DNA from: Eutreptiella sp. 'Long Island Sound 2002'
Lineage: Eukaryota > Protista > Euglenida
Length of the DNA: 64,000 bases
Reading direction: 5' to 3'
Assembly: GCA_964036045.1 (NCBI GenBank)
Contig: OZ038379.1
Location: forward strand, 24,738,001 to 24,802,000
The notes under the pieces were generated by a model. The model searched no databases and was not told where the DNA came from. It was given only the letters and a program-made list of their open reading frames with translations. This document shows positions 34,370 through 47,770 of the stretch, one piece after another (position 1 is the stretch's first letter; each line of letters opens with the position of its first letter). Position numbers and translations under genes: made by a program.

Positions 34370-37000
34370 GGTAGCAGTAGGTCAGAGCTGCTTAAACTAG
34401 GCACCTAACCACATATTGCCCCTAAGCTCACACAGGGCGCGCAAAAGTCCCCTTACTACATACTTACACATCGTGTGAACCACGCGCCTACAAACAGGGA
34501 ACCCCGGTCGCTGCATATGACGGTTGAGACGTCCTAAATTGTCAACCAATGCTAGATCATGGCTTGCGCGACCGCCTTGGCTTGCAAGCCCACTCCATAT
34601 TTGTCCTTCTTCTTCTTCATCTTTGACTTCTTGCCCGGCACAACCACGATGTAGCAGCTGTGATGGTCCACGGCCAAAATGATGCAATCATATGTTTCGC
34701 CGTCCACGTTCACATCCGGCATGAGAAAGACATCCATGGGACTCAACTGTATGGGTGCCTCCGGTATGGCGGTGTACACCGGGTTCCTTGCCATCGACCG
34801 GTTTGGGTTCTTGGTGGCACGAAACACAATCATTGCAATAGCAATTTAGGACCTTAGAATAACCCGGCGGAAATCTGAATCTCCACGCCAAGTCATCCTC
34901 TAATCTATCCTCTCCTTGATGCATGAGTAGGCTATCGTGCCACTGGTCGATCACGGCCTCGATACATGTCTCCGGGACAATGAACTTGTAGTTCCCGAGC
35001 AGCTTGTCCACGTCCTCCGTTAAGCCCCCCGGCCACTTGTCGTCGGATGGAGCACTTACGGCATTCCAATACTTGACCTAATGCTTGGACGCCACATAAT
35101 CCTCCGACCAATCCTCAAACATCACCGAATCCACATTTGCAATAGGTGAGATAGCATATTCATGCGTTGCCTCCATCTCGATGGCTTGTATTTTGGCGTC
35201 TCGGATGTAGGCAAGGGGTGCTTGGGAACTCATTAACACCAAATGTTTGGTCTAGAATGCTTTCGGCCTTGATAATTCATTTTGCCTCCGTTGTCTCTTC
35301 CGCATCACCGTTGCTTGATATATCCATCCACGCCTTACTAGCGGGGTGAGCCCAACAGCTTAGGCAATACGCCACCGTGTTGTCCTTCCCCGGCACATAA
35401 ACCACGCTCAAGTTGAACTTGGCGAACGCTAGTCTTGCCGCCGGCTTGGAGAGAGTGTCCACATTCTCTCGGTGCCAGCTCTGTACACTTTGATGGTCCA
35501 TGCACATGACCACTACCTGCAAGCCGATGTGTGCCGACCACTTTCGCAATGTGCACATGATCGCATAGGTCTTCTTCCCCCTCGCTGTCCATTTGCGGCG
35601 TTGACCTTCGGCCAACACACGGCTCCAAAAGGCCAGCTACATGTGTGTTCCATCGCATCGGACCTGTTCTTGGACCGCCCCGACTGCATTTTCTGAGGTG
35701 TCCGTGCGCAAAACAAACCCCTTGTTGGGATCTATCAAGAGAAGCCCCACATCTCCCAACAATGTTCGCTTGAAACCCCCATATGCTATGCCCGCCTCCA
35801 TCAAAAACGATATTTTCTTCTTGCTGCCTTTCCGTCCATCAAACTTTCCAACTTGCAGCATCTTGTGCAGTGGCCTTGAGAGATCTGCATACATCCGAAC
35901 ATATCCAGAGTAATATATGCAGAACCCCATGAATGATCTTAGCTCAATGATGGTCCGGATTTCCCCCCATTGGTTAAGGGCCGCCAGCTTACCTGGCAGG
36001 TCCAACACCATTAAGATGCGCTTCTTGTGTTGTTCTTTTTTTTTTTTTGGGAATGTGTCAATCAGGGGAGCGGGTAGGAATTGTGCTCCGTTTGCTCGTT
36101 CAAACCCCTGCAGCCGACCACAAGCCTCCATTTGCCCTTCTCCTTCTTCGGCACTATGAACGCCGCATTGGCCCACTTGCTGTCCGATGGCTCAATCCAT
36201 CTGCATTGAACGAAGGCCATCAACAGTTCCTTCATTGCTTCCGCCCTTGTGCCTTGGAGTTGATACTCCCTGTGCCGGTATATTTTGGGGTCGAGTTTTA
36301 GCTTGATCGTTGCTGTCCAAAATCTTCCGGATCCGGTGGGCTCCCGTGAGCCAACCCATTGAAGTGTCGAGGGTATTGCTCCACAAGTCCGTCCTCTAGG
36401 GCAATCACTCTGGGGTTCTCCTTCGCCTCTTCGGCGGCTTCCAACGGTACAACAACCGGCGACCAGACTGCCGTGTGCACCTCATCAGAATCCACCTCCG
36501 ACATTTCCTTCTCCAATATGCCCTCTTCATCGTCAAAGGCGTGCTCTCCCTTCGAAATTCTTAAAAATTGCGGCCTTTTGTCAGTAGTCTTGTGTGATTA
36601 TTGGCGCCGGGGTGCGGGAAATCCCATGTGGGTGGATCGGCTCCCATCGGCCCATCGTTCCAGTCCGCCACTGGTCCATGACCCTCCACAAATTCTTTCT
36701 TCTCAAACTTGCCGGTAATCAACCCCTCGTTGTCCCACCAATGCGGCGGCTTAACTTGAGCTCTAGCTCGTTTGATCGCGGCCGGGTCATGCAAGCTATG
36801 CCGCATGTACTCCACGACTTGGTCGATCTCCATCGGAGTTAACACGTCCATCTCCTCCGTTGGATCATCCTTGGACTCTAACATCACCTTCATCGGGCCG
36901 GCTTGAATCTTGCGGACCAATGCTTCATCTGCCGTGGGGTGATATTGGGCTCCATCCACATCAAATGCTCGAGTCCTCCATGCACCCCCAGAGCTCACAT
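34370..37000 (-). mobile_element. Decayed Ty3/gypsy pol (RT with internal deletion, RNase H, integrase)
   Basis: Order on the minus strand: RT start (WIEPSDSKWANAAFIVPKK, YPLPLID, VLDL), ELRSFMGFCIYY, RNase H (FVLRTDTSENAVGAV; AYCLS), integrase Zn finger (QWHDSLLMHQG) and core (SPMDVFLMP...ILAVDHHS). Many frameshifts. Confidence 0.85.
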
Positions 37001-37277
37001 CTTTACACCGGTTGCATCTACGAACACCTTTCCGTCACTGTCGAATGCGCACCTCATTGACCCTTGACCCATTGGGGGTCTTCACTAGTATGTCCAGGTG
37101 CCATAGGTGATGAGGGGGATCACACTTAGCACATATGGGAAGCAACAATGAACTATGTATATCCCCCCCTTTGTCCATCTCTGCCCTTCTCCTTCAGACA
37201 GAGAAAATATTTTTGGGTCATAGTATTGGTTTCCAATTACCAGGCAGACGATTTCTTTTTTACGCCCAAAGGGAGTT

Positions 37278-37312
<35 letters not shown>

Positions 37313-37989
37313 GCTTGCTCGTTTTTTTTTGTAAGCCCCTTTGAAAAATCATCTGGACTTTATATCTTGTGTAGAAAGAGACCAGGTAAGGCCCCCAGCC
37401 TGTGTCCTTCTTGGGCGGTCCTTGTTCTTGGTCTATGAAAACACTTTCCCTCAACATCCAATTCTTCGGGTGACAAGAATGTGGATTGAGATTGAACACT
37501 TATGAAACACCAATGGCAATCAACTAAGTGTTCCCTGGTTGTTATCCGTGCAGCCCTTATAATTGTTCTTTACTGCGCAAGTGACGCAAATAGTCATGGT
37601 GCTTGCACTGCAAATCAATCATGGGGGACGCGACTCCTCGCATCTGGAAGCGAACTACCCCCCCCCCCCCAAAAAAAACTAACCGTTGGCCGGAGGCCCC
37701 CTTGGGGGGGGAGGGTTGGGAAAGGGGAGTTATGAGAGGGGCGAGGCGGGGGTCGGGCGTGCGCTTTTGCCTGCGAAGGGGGGGCAAATGGGGAGATTTG
37801 GGGGGCACATGCCCCCAAGGTCAAGCGTTGGTCCATCACAAGCTCCCTTTACCGCCCCTTGCCCTCCCTCTAACCATACTACCATGTTGATTAGGCTGAA
37901 CAAAATCCCCCAATTTTCGTACATGGCTGCTTTTGTCACATCATTTCTCTCCATTTTGGACCCAAACAATAACTCTGACCCTAGCCTAA

Positions 37990-38030
37990 CGTTCAAGCTA
38001 GGGCTAGGGTTAGGGCTAGGGTTAGGGTCA
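37990..38030 (+). repeat. Short interstitial TTAGGG/CTAGGG telomere-like tract
   Basis: GCTAGGGCTAGGGTTAGGGCTAGGGTTAGGGTC. Confidence 0.8.
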
Positions 38031-39137
38031 CCGAGCTGGTGGAACCAGTCTTGGTGTTATAACCCTTTGTAGTGTGTAGGGGGGACCTACCAGGTTTAGC
38101 AGCAGCGAGCAACCAAGCAAGCAGCCAGCAAGCAAGCAAGCAGCACGCGCGAAATGGGCAAAAATCAGAATTCCGTTGTGGTGCTTTGGATTTGGTTGAA
38201 ATTTTGGTGCAAGATACCTATGGGTGTGAAGTACAATCACACAAAGTTTGAGCGAGAAACTCGACAGTGGCGACCGGCAACGGGCTTCGCAAGTGGCGGA
38301 CCTCAGTTTCAAAACCTGCAGTTTAGGGCCAAAAACTGCCATTTTAAGGCCAAAAAAGCCCTGGAACACATTCAAAACAGCCAAACAAAGGGGAAACACT
38401 CCACGTGCGGCTTGACTTCCCCGTGTCAACGAGCTCTTTGCGGCCCTCTAACTCCATGATATGTCCCGGAAACGGCCCAAAAAGGCCCCCAGAAGCTCCA
38501 AATGCCGACAGCCACAAATAGGCCATATCTTTGGCAACATGGCTGAAAATGCGATTCCGAGGGCAGCTAGTCTACCCGCAACCCCCCACTTTTTGTGGTT
38601 TCCACCCCTCAAAATTGCCCAAACGGACGCCTAGACCCCAATACCTAGGCCCACTAGGCTGCGGCAAGCTGCAAGCTCAAGCCCCAATAGGTGGGTGCCC
38701 AAATGGGTCAACAGGGTCCAATAGGGGCAAAAAGATGACTTTTCTCAAAAATGATCCTAGACCATGTGCGACGCTAAAGCAAGTGTTTTTGGACCGTTTT
38801 GAGCTTGTGGTGGCCCATTTTGGTCCTCCAAAAATCCCAAAATGCCTTGAAAATGGGCTGTTTTGGGACCAAAAATCGGTCAAACATGGGTCAAAAACGC
38901 ATTTTTCCAAACCTCATCCTAGACCATTTGGGGTGCACAAACGGGTGAAATGAGCCCATTTTGAGCCCATTTTCGGGCATTTTGGCCCCTGAGAAGTCCA
39001 CCTCGTGGTGATGGGGTTCACTTGCAAGCTGATTTCACTTTGTCAAGAGCCATCAATGTGTGAATCATTCTTGATGTCCCTCACCAGTTATAGCTGATGT
39101 TCCCTCCGCCACCAGCTCGGTCCCAATATTCAGTCTT

Positions 39138-39270
39138 GATTAGGGTGAGGGTGAGTGCTAGGGTCAGGGTTAGGGTTAGGGCTCTGGTTAGGGTTAGGGT
39201 TAGGGTTAGGGCTATTGGTAGGGGTAGGTGTAGGACTAGGCTGAGGGTTGGGGTGGGCGTTAGGGCCGGG
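39138..39270 (+). repeat. Degenerate interstitial (TTAGGG)n tract
   Basis: About 20 hexamer-like units, including runs of perfect TTAGGG. Confidence 0.85.
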
Positions 39271-39976
39271 GTAGAGTTTAAGGATAATGTCGAAAATGGA
39301 CAAAATTTCCTTCCGGTGCCTTAGGTGACCATGGACCGTTGGGCGCCTTTGGTGCCCATTGACTCCTAAGGGCGCCGCCTTTGGCAACTAATTGTTGGTC
39401 GGACGCCCCTTGGGGGCGGGGAGGGGGGGGGTTGTTGCCATCCTTGGACCCCAAGAGCCGCAGCCCCCGAGAGTTCAATGCAATTGACCACAGGTAGGGG
39501 AAAATACTAGGCAACAAGAAGTCAGGGGTGGGGGCAAACTATCCCTAAGGGGGCAAATTATTCCTCTGCTTTGGGGTTGGTTCTTGTTTGTTTAACGCGC
39601 TAGCACCGTAATATTTTATGGCACTGGTAACACAAAAGTTTCATGTTGTAGGCTCTTGCCCCTAACCTTAGGCATGCAAGGCACCCAAGTCTGCAAGCAA
39701 TGGCATTCGGGGTCGGCGAGGGTCCCAGCCCGGGACTTGATGCCCGTAAAAGTCGGTTGTAGATAGGACAATACTTTCTCGGGTTGGGGGCGGGTGGGTG
39801 GGGTTAAGGGAGTGCAAAGGGGAGGAGGGAGAAGTGGTTTGGGCGGGTGGGTGGGTCAAAAACTCAGTGAGTTTTGAAGACGGAAGGATGCACGCACATG
39901 TATCAAAATATTGTTTGCCGTGTAAACAAAAATTTCTCGTTGTAGGCTGTTGTCCCTCACTTTAGGCATGCAATCT

Positions 39977-41418
39977 TCAAAGTCTGCAGGCAATGGCATT
40001 TGGGGTTGGCGAGGGTCCTGGCCCCTTCCCTGCAATGGCCCCGCCTCCACTTGATCCCGATGATCCTAGCCACCCCATGGCCATTGGATCATTATTTGGC
40101 TTGCTGCTCGCCACCAAGTGGGTGGTACAAGCGCCTGCTGGCGTTGTTACAAGGTCGGGGTACTCATACAATCTGGAGGGAGCGTCCGCAAGGTTACTTT
40201 TTGACGGCACCGAGTTTAAGTAAACTTGGATCTTAGTTCTTCGCACTTGGTGTGCTAGCCTCCGCGGGAGCTTGCCACAACATGGGATATCGATAGCCCC
40301 CGTTAGCCTGATGGCGGACCATATGGCAGACAGGTTATCCGGCGCTATGTGGATCGCCCTTATCCCCATGTGCGACGCCAGTTCATCCCCTTGCAAGATG
40401 GCCCACATCTCTGCAGATTGCTGGGTTTGGACCCACCTCGACTTCAACACGGCATCCCAGGGCCGTACCCAAGACTGCACTCATATGTCCAACCGGGGAC
40501 CGTGCTGCATCAACATACCACCGCCATTTGGGCTCGTTAGGGCCTGTTGCATCCCATAGCAGCACACATTGTGCCATGGCTTCTCCGAATGAACGCAAAA
40601 CTCTTTGGGGGGTGTACGGTGCGCAAGGGAGTCCCTAGACGGTCCATGCTACAGGCCACTGCATGAAAGGCACAACCAATGTTCTTGGGCTTGAGGCCCA
40701 GAGGACTTTTCCCACCGACCTTCTTGCCCTTTTCACATAATAGCCTGTGCTCGCCAACCGCAGCCACATTACCACCATCTGCGCAAGATAGACAGGGGAC
40801 TGTTGGATGCTGAGGTCGACACCATTCAGCTCCTTCCCCAGCCAGGTTAGAGACGTCGTGGGTACTGTCACGGATTTTGGACTGACCACCCACCCTGCGC
40901 TGACAAGGTCACTGACCAACTTACCTGTGTCCCATTCCAACGTATGCCTGTCCGTGGAGAGCAAGAGAATGTCGTCCAAGTATTGGAGCAAAATTACCTG
41001 GCCTTGGTGGGCCACGGCCAACAATCTCGCTAGATTTTCGAGAGCAATCACAGGGCCGTAAGACCACGCGAATGGCAGTGATGGGACAGAAAAGAAGACC
41101 CCGTTCACCTTGAAACATATTTTTTTGACCATTCAAGGGGGAGCTTGCAAGCCCAGTACATATTGAAGATGTCCAGTTTTATGAAAACAGGTTGAGTTTC
41201 AAATGTTTACAAATGGAGAGCAGGGAACCAAGCTACCCAAAAGAGGGCAGTCTAAAAGGGATTGGTTTAGGTAGCATTGAATTTAGTGCGCGCAAGTCGG
41301 CAATCAGAGCCCCCTTCCACGCAAATTTTCTTTTCGCGAAGGCCTTGAAATGCGACTTGCCAGGTGCGTTGCCTAGATCCAGTAGCCCATTGTGCACCAT
41401 GCGTGTCGCCATCGCCAT
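39977..41418 (-). pseudogene. DIRS-type RT and RNase H of the YR retrotransposon
   Basis: GALIADLRALN, SLPFAWSYGP, LLQYLDDILL, TWLG. RNase H motifs WYVDAA, QSAEMWAI, DNLSAI and SNLADAPSR. Confidence 0.85.
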
Positions 41419-42562
41419 TAGGCCCAGGTCCTTAGATTGCCCCTAGTCCGGTAGATTGTTTAGTGCCCCCTCCAAGGATAGCGGGGCGTGTTTACTCCAC
41501 ATGTACTCTGGAATAGGGACACACCCTGCCCTCCCAAGGCCCTTTCCGCCCGTTTCAGGCCCCACAGGCCCACAGGGTGTTTCCTCCCCGTTGTAGGGGT
41601 CATATTCCTCCTCCTCAAGATCTTTAGGGGTGAGTGTGAGCACGATCGCAAGCAGGGTTTCCGTGACTCTCCGGTAGCCCCCCCCCCCCTCCCGCGCTCT
41701 GTTGAGCGTTATGGGGACCCAATCCCGCCACAACCAAGCAGTCGTCTGCGGTCCCACTGACCGGAACCCAGGATTGCGGACCACCTTCCTCATAGCCCTG
41801 TGCACCCTCTCCAATTAGGCCCTATAGTGTGTCCACATCTTGTGATAGTGACACCTGTGCGGGTTTTCAATGTGCAAATCTACCTCTGTGCAGAGGCGCG
41901 CAGAGGTCATAACTTGAGTGTGGTGCGTTGTGGTTGGCCCCTAGGGCGTGGGGCATCTAAGCCGGTACCAGCCGAATTTTGTGCATGGGGTAGGGGTTGT
42001 CTCTAGATGGCTGGTGCCCTCTTTTGCCGCGCCAAGAAGCTTCTTGTTGGCCCCTCTTTTTTCTGTTTCTGTGACAAGGGCGTCAGTATCCATTTGTAGG
42101 CTCGGCATTCTGTCTCTTGTTCATGTCTTCTCGGCTTGTCCGATATCCGGGGGGAAGGGTCTCCACAACTGCAGGGTGTGGGGGGCTTCTGGGCCCTCGT
42201 TCTGACGCCCTTGAGTCGCCTGATTTGGATGAGGGGAGCAGTGCTTGTCGTCCTTGGTCCCTGTGGGGGCATAGGGGGTCCGTGGGCGATTGTGCTGGGG
42301 CGCAGCCATCTTGCTCTCGTGAACTCCAAATTTTCTCCTCGGTGCCACCCCCGCCCGGCTCTGTTGCTCCGCCCTGTGGTGGTATGTCCCCTTTGCCCCA
42401 CCCCCCCCCCGCGTCTGTTCCCTGAGGCTCCACAACTGTGTCATCTTCCGACACAGGCTCCGAAGACTGTGATGACAAGTCAGAGGTGGGCTCTGATGAG
42501 ACACGTCCCTGCTCAAAGGGGGGGGGGGGGTTTGCCTGTCCGCCCTGGTCTCCGTCGTTCCG

Positions 42563-43250
42563 CTATTTAGGTTTGTATGGGCCAGCTTGCCGTTTCCAGG
42601 CATCTGTTGGCCAGAACTCTTTGACCTTGACTTGCACATACTCGAGGTCGTTTGCGCGGGAGCGTGTCCATTGTCTTGGGATGGGCAGAAATACTGTGTC
42701 AGTGAATGTCCACTTTGGCGCGTGCTTTGTGTAACGTCTTGCCTGATGTTGGATCCTCCACCTCGCCCATGCCATGAGGTTTGCGACGGACACACCCAGA
42801 CACACATATGCCGCGGCTCCCAGTCTTCCCCACGGGTGACACGTGAGGGGAGGTTTGATGTGCCTTTGAAAACAGGTCGTAAGGGCCTCCCTCAGGGCGT
42901 TTCCCCCCCCTAGCATAAAGGGGCTATCGTTTGGGGTGCCTGTGTGTCTTTGGGTGTACACGTACTGTCTTCATACCTCCGGGAAGGGGGAGAGGGGGTA
43001 GGCAACCCACTCCTTGTTAATCTTTTCGTCAAAAAACTCCAGCCAACCCCCTTCTCGGACACAGCACCACGTGAAACTTTCACAATCCCCGGAACCCATC
43101 CTATACACACCCACACAGACAGACAAAAAGAACAAATGGACCCAGCCCCAGTGTTCCCTATGCTTCCCGAGGAACTCCAAGTCATTGGTCTTTGCGAAGA
43201 CTCGGACCCTAATGTTTGGGGCCGTGATGTGTTTGATTCCTTCCACGTGC
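42563..43250 (-). pseudogene. Tyrosine recombinase of the YR retrotransposon
   Basis: GVYRMGS (Arg-I region), FFDEK (Lys), then CHPWGRLGAAAY (HxxR region), LMAWARW and ARRY (catalytic Tyr), spread over two frames. Confidence 0.7.
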
Positions 43251-43578
43251 ATCTAGTGTCTGGTGAGGTCCGTGGGGGGTACGAGTTGGAGTTTCTCCAA
43301 CATACGGACTGCTGACAATAGTCCCCTTGCTGCCGAGTCCCCCCTCGGCCCGCGAGCATCTGTTGCAGCCTGTCATCGAGGGCTTTCGCCAGCATCCTTC
43401 GAGGAATCTTCTAAGCGCCCATCTGTAGGTAGTGCGTGATCCCATTTTGATGTGTCGCACTGCGAGCTAGGTCGCTCCGTCTTGCCATTCGTCTGATGAC
43501 GCTTTGATGAAGACTATGGTGGCGATGCGGGCCTCTTTGGTTGTGATGATTCCGGCTCCTATGGGCTTGGAGACTCGG

Positions 43579-45533
43579 TCATGCCCCTAGGGACCCGTTG
43601 CTGCTTGTCGGATACCCATCTCCTGGTATACTGGTTGCAAGCACTGTTGGGCGATTTGGTTGCCCCTGACTCCTCTTGGCGTTCCTTGGGCTGTTGGCGT
43701 CTGCATTGGTCCCGGTGCCTATTGCTGCCCACGTCCTTGCATTTGTGGTCCCCATTGCGGATTTGGCATCCCCAATCCTATTGCCTGGGGTATCCCCATT
43801 TGTCCAAGTCCTTGCTGCATTCATCTGCTGCTGCTGGGCGATTGAGCAAAACTGCTCCCAGTGTTGTCCTCCACAATACCGGCACGTGGAGGGCGGTGGG
43901 CCGTGCATGTCAAAGGCCACACCTTTTTGTGATACCCACAACTGGCTACTCTAGTGTACAAAATACAAGTCCTTGGTGTCTTATTTATTTTTGGAGTTTT
44001 GAGCCGGCCCTGGTCTCTTATTGGGAACCTGGTCGCCGATCCGAGGCCCGGTCCGTTCAATTTCCCGCCAGCCCCAAACTTGGACGTGCTGCGCTGATCG
44101 CTAGATGGATCTGGCGATCGCAGGCGAATCGCCAGATGCGGCCGGCGCTGCGATCGCTAGATCGATCTGCTGCCAAATGCTGCGCTGCAGGTGATTTGCG
44201 CTGCGCTTTGCGTTGCGAAACACCTTTGTTAAAAGAAAATCTTTGTTCTTTTCTCGAATTATCAAAAACAAAAAGTTTGACATGGAGCCCATGATCCTTG
44301 GTTCGGATCAAATGCCACTGCATTGCAACGAAAATTGAAATGAAAAAACACTTTCATTCAAAAGGGTTGATGCCTTTGAGGCATTGGAATTGTGCAATGA
44401 GTTGTCTCGCTTTGCAATCCAAACAAGGCATAAATTGCCTTAATATATGGTTGGATGTGCTCACAAGTTGGAGCAAGTGTTGCGCAATGGCTACGCCAAG
44501 CTCATAAAGTATGAGTGTGCTAAGGAGGAAGCATCCATTCTACTGAATGCGCAGGCATCACAAGATGTTGCTTCTTTAAGCTCAAGTGACCTTGCCGCCA
44601 AACCCGCCGCCAATGTGGCCCCAAAGCCAAAGCCAAAGCCAAAGCCAAAGCCAAGTCCTTAACCTGGTAGAGGCAAGCCCAAGCCCCTATCAATCACCAC
44701 TTTGCACCCTTCCCGGAGTTGCCACCCCTTCCTCCCGGATTCATGTTGCTCTATTCTAGCTTCGTGCAAGGCCTCCAAAATCCACCCCGCTCTCTTATTA
44801 GCCATTGGTCTTGTATTTTATACACTAGAGTATGGCCCACCATTTGCATTCGCCCCTTGGGCCCTTTCGCTGGGCAAGACGAGGCCCAATGTCCCGTCTA
44901 TCCGCATTTGAAGCAGTTCCCCGGCGGGTGGTGCGCGTGTCCTGCCATGCCCCCTCCCCCATTCGGGGTCATTTGTCCTACGCCTTGAACTCCTGGGCCG
45001 TATGGCGGTGGTGCCAATTGTCGTCCCTGCCGCCGTGCCCGCAGTTCTTCGTTCACCACCTGCCACATTAGGGTGGGCAGCGGGTGTGATGCCCAGTCTG
45101 GGCTCGTGTCATTGAACCCCTTGAGCGTTGCCAAACAAGCGGTCATCCACACGTACGGTATCTGCTCCGTCATGATGCGTCCCAGGTATTCTGGCGTGAG
45201 TGGTGGGATGAGGCTTTGTCGCAGGAATTCGTTCTCCAACTTTGCCGCCACTAGTCTCGCTACCACTTCGGTGAACGCGTGGTTCTGCTCCGGCACTGCT
45301 GGTGCCATGGCTTCTGCCTGTTGTTCTCCCCCTTGTCCTCTCCCGTGTGTCACATGTGGTACGACACACCTTGTACGAAGTCTGGGCGTAGTTGTCGTCG
45401 TTCGCGGTACACCGCCGGTGCCTCGATGGCCTGCTCCATCTCCAAGTCCATTGCTGCCCGTTTTACTAGCGCTGGCACTGCTCCATCCGGCACTCCCTCT
45501 TCCGCCATCTCCTCCATGAGTTGGATTGCCCAC
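43579..45533 (-). pseudogene. gag with two Zn knuckles, split by a MITE
   Basis: CFKCG*TGHWASSC and CRYCGGQHWEQFC. Removing the MITE plus one TA restores the frame (MVGH|SQLWVSQKG). Confidence 0.75.
43949..44830. mobile_element. 882 bp TA-flanked MITE (Tc1/mariner-type footprint)
   Basis: TIR CTCTAGTGTACAAAATACAAG versus CTTGTATTTTATACACTAGAG. TA at 43947-43948 and 44831-44832. No transposase ORF. Confidence 0.9.
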
Positions 45534-46769
45534 TCCTCGGCTTGTCCCCGATTCTTTTCACTTCTCATGAGTAGCGCCAAAGGCCCCTGTGTGCACCGCT
45601 TCCATGCCGCCAGTGTAGCCTCTCCTTCGCGGCCTTCCTTCCCATCGGATTTCCGCTTGAGTTCGCCCCCCCGCCCCCCTTCCGCTCCATTGTCCTCATG
45701 TCCTTCTGGGACGTGGTCTACATCCATTTCAGGCATTGCGCACCCGGGCTAAAAACAAAAACTCAGTGAGTTCTGAAGACGACAAGAGTCACACACATGT
45801 TTTAAACTATGGTTTACTGCGTATACAAAGGTTTACGGCTTTGGCACCGCTAAGAGTAAAGCTATGCACATACCTTACCTCCTAGGCAGCAGTCAGTTTC
45901 AGTATGGACACTGACACACTGGCCCACCCCCAGTGCTCACCTTGCACACTCCTATCCTGCTAGCCCTTACCCAAACTGTAACCCTTTGCATTGGCCCCTC
46001 TAAAAAGCCCCCTGCAGACTATGCAGATTCCCCCTCCCCATCCCACGAGTCCATCTCTGCCCTGCACCTGACCCTGCATGCAAAACACCTCGCGTGCCTG
46101 AGGCAGGCTGTTACAGTCCAAATTATATTGTGACTATTTTGTAGTATGGTTTGTGCCCGTGAAGAAAGATATGCACACGAAAGGAGGTGTAGCCACTGTT
46201 CCTGCTGGGGGGTTTATCTCCCACACCCCTTCCAATTTACGGCGGTGGCGCCATAAACGTTTACATTACAAGTGTGCCAATCCGCCTACCAGCCCCCTTT
46301 TTGCATTTCCTACACTTAATGGAAATCTCCGTGGTGTTTCCGGCCCTTTTCGCCCCAACGCGCCCCACGTTTATGGCTCTACACATGTGCACAGTGCACC
46401 CCAAGCTGGTGCATGACAAACCTTCGGCTGTGAAGTGAACATGCAGGAACTGCAGCACACGGGGGTACGTTGCAAAAAGGCAATGGACCATTCGGATGGG
46501 CCCATTTGTGTTGTCTTTCTGTGGTGATCCTCCACTTCCATGCGGTCGAAAAATCATCTGATTGTTGGGGGCTGGGTCATTTCTGGAACTGCAGGCTTAG
46601 TCCCGGTTGGGTTTTGGAGCCCTTGTGCCGAGCCCCTTTCCGGGGGTCGCGGGAAAGCGCTCCATTAAACCGCCTTCTCCAGAAATTGAAACATGTCCAG
46701 CACGTCGTCAGGCCAGCACAGAGAACCACACCATAGAAAATCATCATCACCCCCCCCCCCCCCGGGACT

Positions 46770-47770
46770 CAACACCAACACCAGAGCGACGAATTAATAT
46801 GGTTCGAAGAGACAGTGTTCAATGGACAGTCGTGTTCAGTACGTCCGTTTGTTCGGCACACCCAGGCCCGGAGCAAACAGTTCATGTTAGGCAATTGAGA
46901 GGTCTCTGGTGCCTTCTTCTGTGCCCGCCAGCCCAGACCTCCTGGCATTGACTCCGAACATACAGCATCGGGCGCCTTTAATAACCTTGTATAGCCCACT
47001 TTCAATGGAACCGTGTTCTGGACCCCCTCCCTCACTTTCGTCAGGGCTCGATTACCCCCTCCTTCCCTACCACCAGAATGGAAAGCTGTGATGCCCACCC
47101 CCCCAAATACAACAACAAACAGTTGAACAATCATCCGCAAGCGGCTCCAAGCACAAAATCTGCAAGGCAATGTCATCTGCGCAAATGCCCACACACAAGT
47201 ACTGGGATCAGCCAAAGGTTTGCTGCACACAGGCCACGTCCGACCAACTCACAAACATATCCCATGCAAAACAAAACCATGGTGTGGGCCCCCAGGCCGT
47301 CCATCGTTGTCATGCAGTGTACGTGTGCAGTGGAACGTTGTCAAATGCCGGAGACCACGGACGTTTGGTTCTCAGCATGTTGAAAGTGACTGAAACTCTG
47401 CACCGCAGTAAATGAGTACTGCGATCGGAGCATGTGATGGAGTCCCCGAAGACGCAATGGTCTCTCCTTTTGCGCCGGTCGCTCAAGGGTGCAGCGGAAG
47501 AGGTTTCCTTCCCCCGCCCGCACACACCTTGTCGACCGTCCTGTAGAGGCCTCGGGAAGGTTTCAGAGCGAGGGGTTCGAAGGCAAGCCTTCTTCGAAAA
47601 GATCACCAAATGTGGGCTGGGGGATGGGGCTTGGACGATTGTCCGCGTTCTTCCTACTTATCCGTCGCATTAGTGCCTGTGCGTGTCTGGCACGTGTGTC
47701 TGGCACATGTGCCCGTGCCTGTGCCTGTGCCTCCTCAACTTTTGGGGGTTCAATGGAACGTTTCTCCATA
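46770..47770 (-). pseudogene. Decayed gag-like sequence of an LTR retrotransposon
   Basis: QPTFGDLFEEGLPSNPSL at the N-terminus and WVCRTNGRTEHDC (degenerate Zn knuckle) at the C-terminus. A possible PBS (TGGCGTC) lies on the minus strand near 47845. Confidence 0.45.

Larger units (their letters stand above)
39645..45840 (-). mobile_element. Tyrosine-recombinase retrotransposon, VIPER/TATE-like order gag-YR-RT-RNase H, with split direct repeats
   Basis: A1 (about 45757-45840) matches A2 (39858-39940); B1 (39940-40025) matches B2 (39645-39730), giving A1-ORFs-B1-A2-B2. Coding parts are listed separately. Confidence 0.8.

Noticed and set aside
39858-39880. AAAACTCAGTGAGTTTTGAAGAC as a spliced-leader-like sequence
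   Set aside because: It does not match the euglenid SL I know (ACTTTCTGAGTGTCTATTT...) and is explained as repeat A of the YR element.
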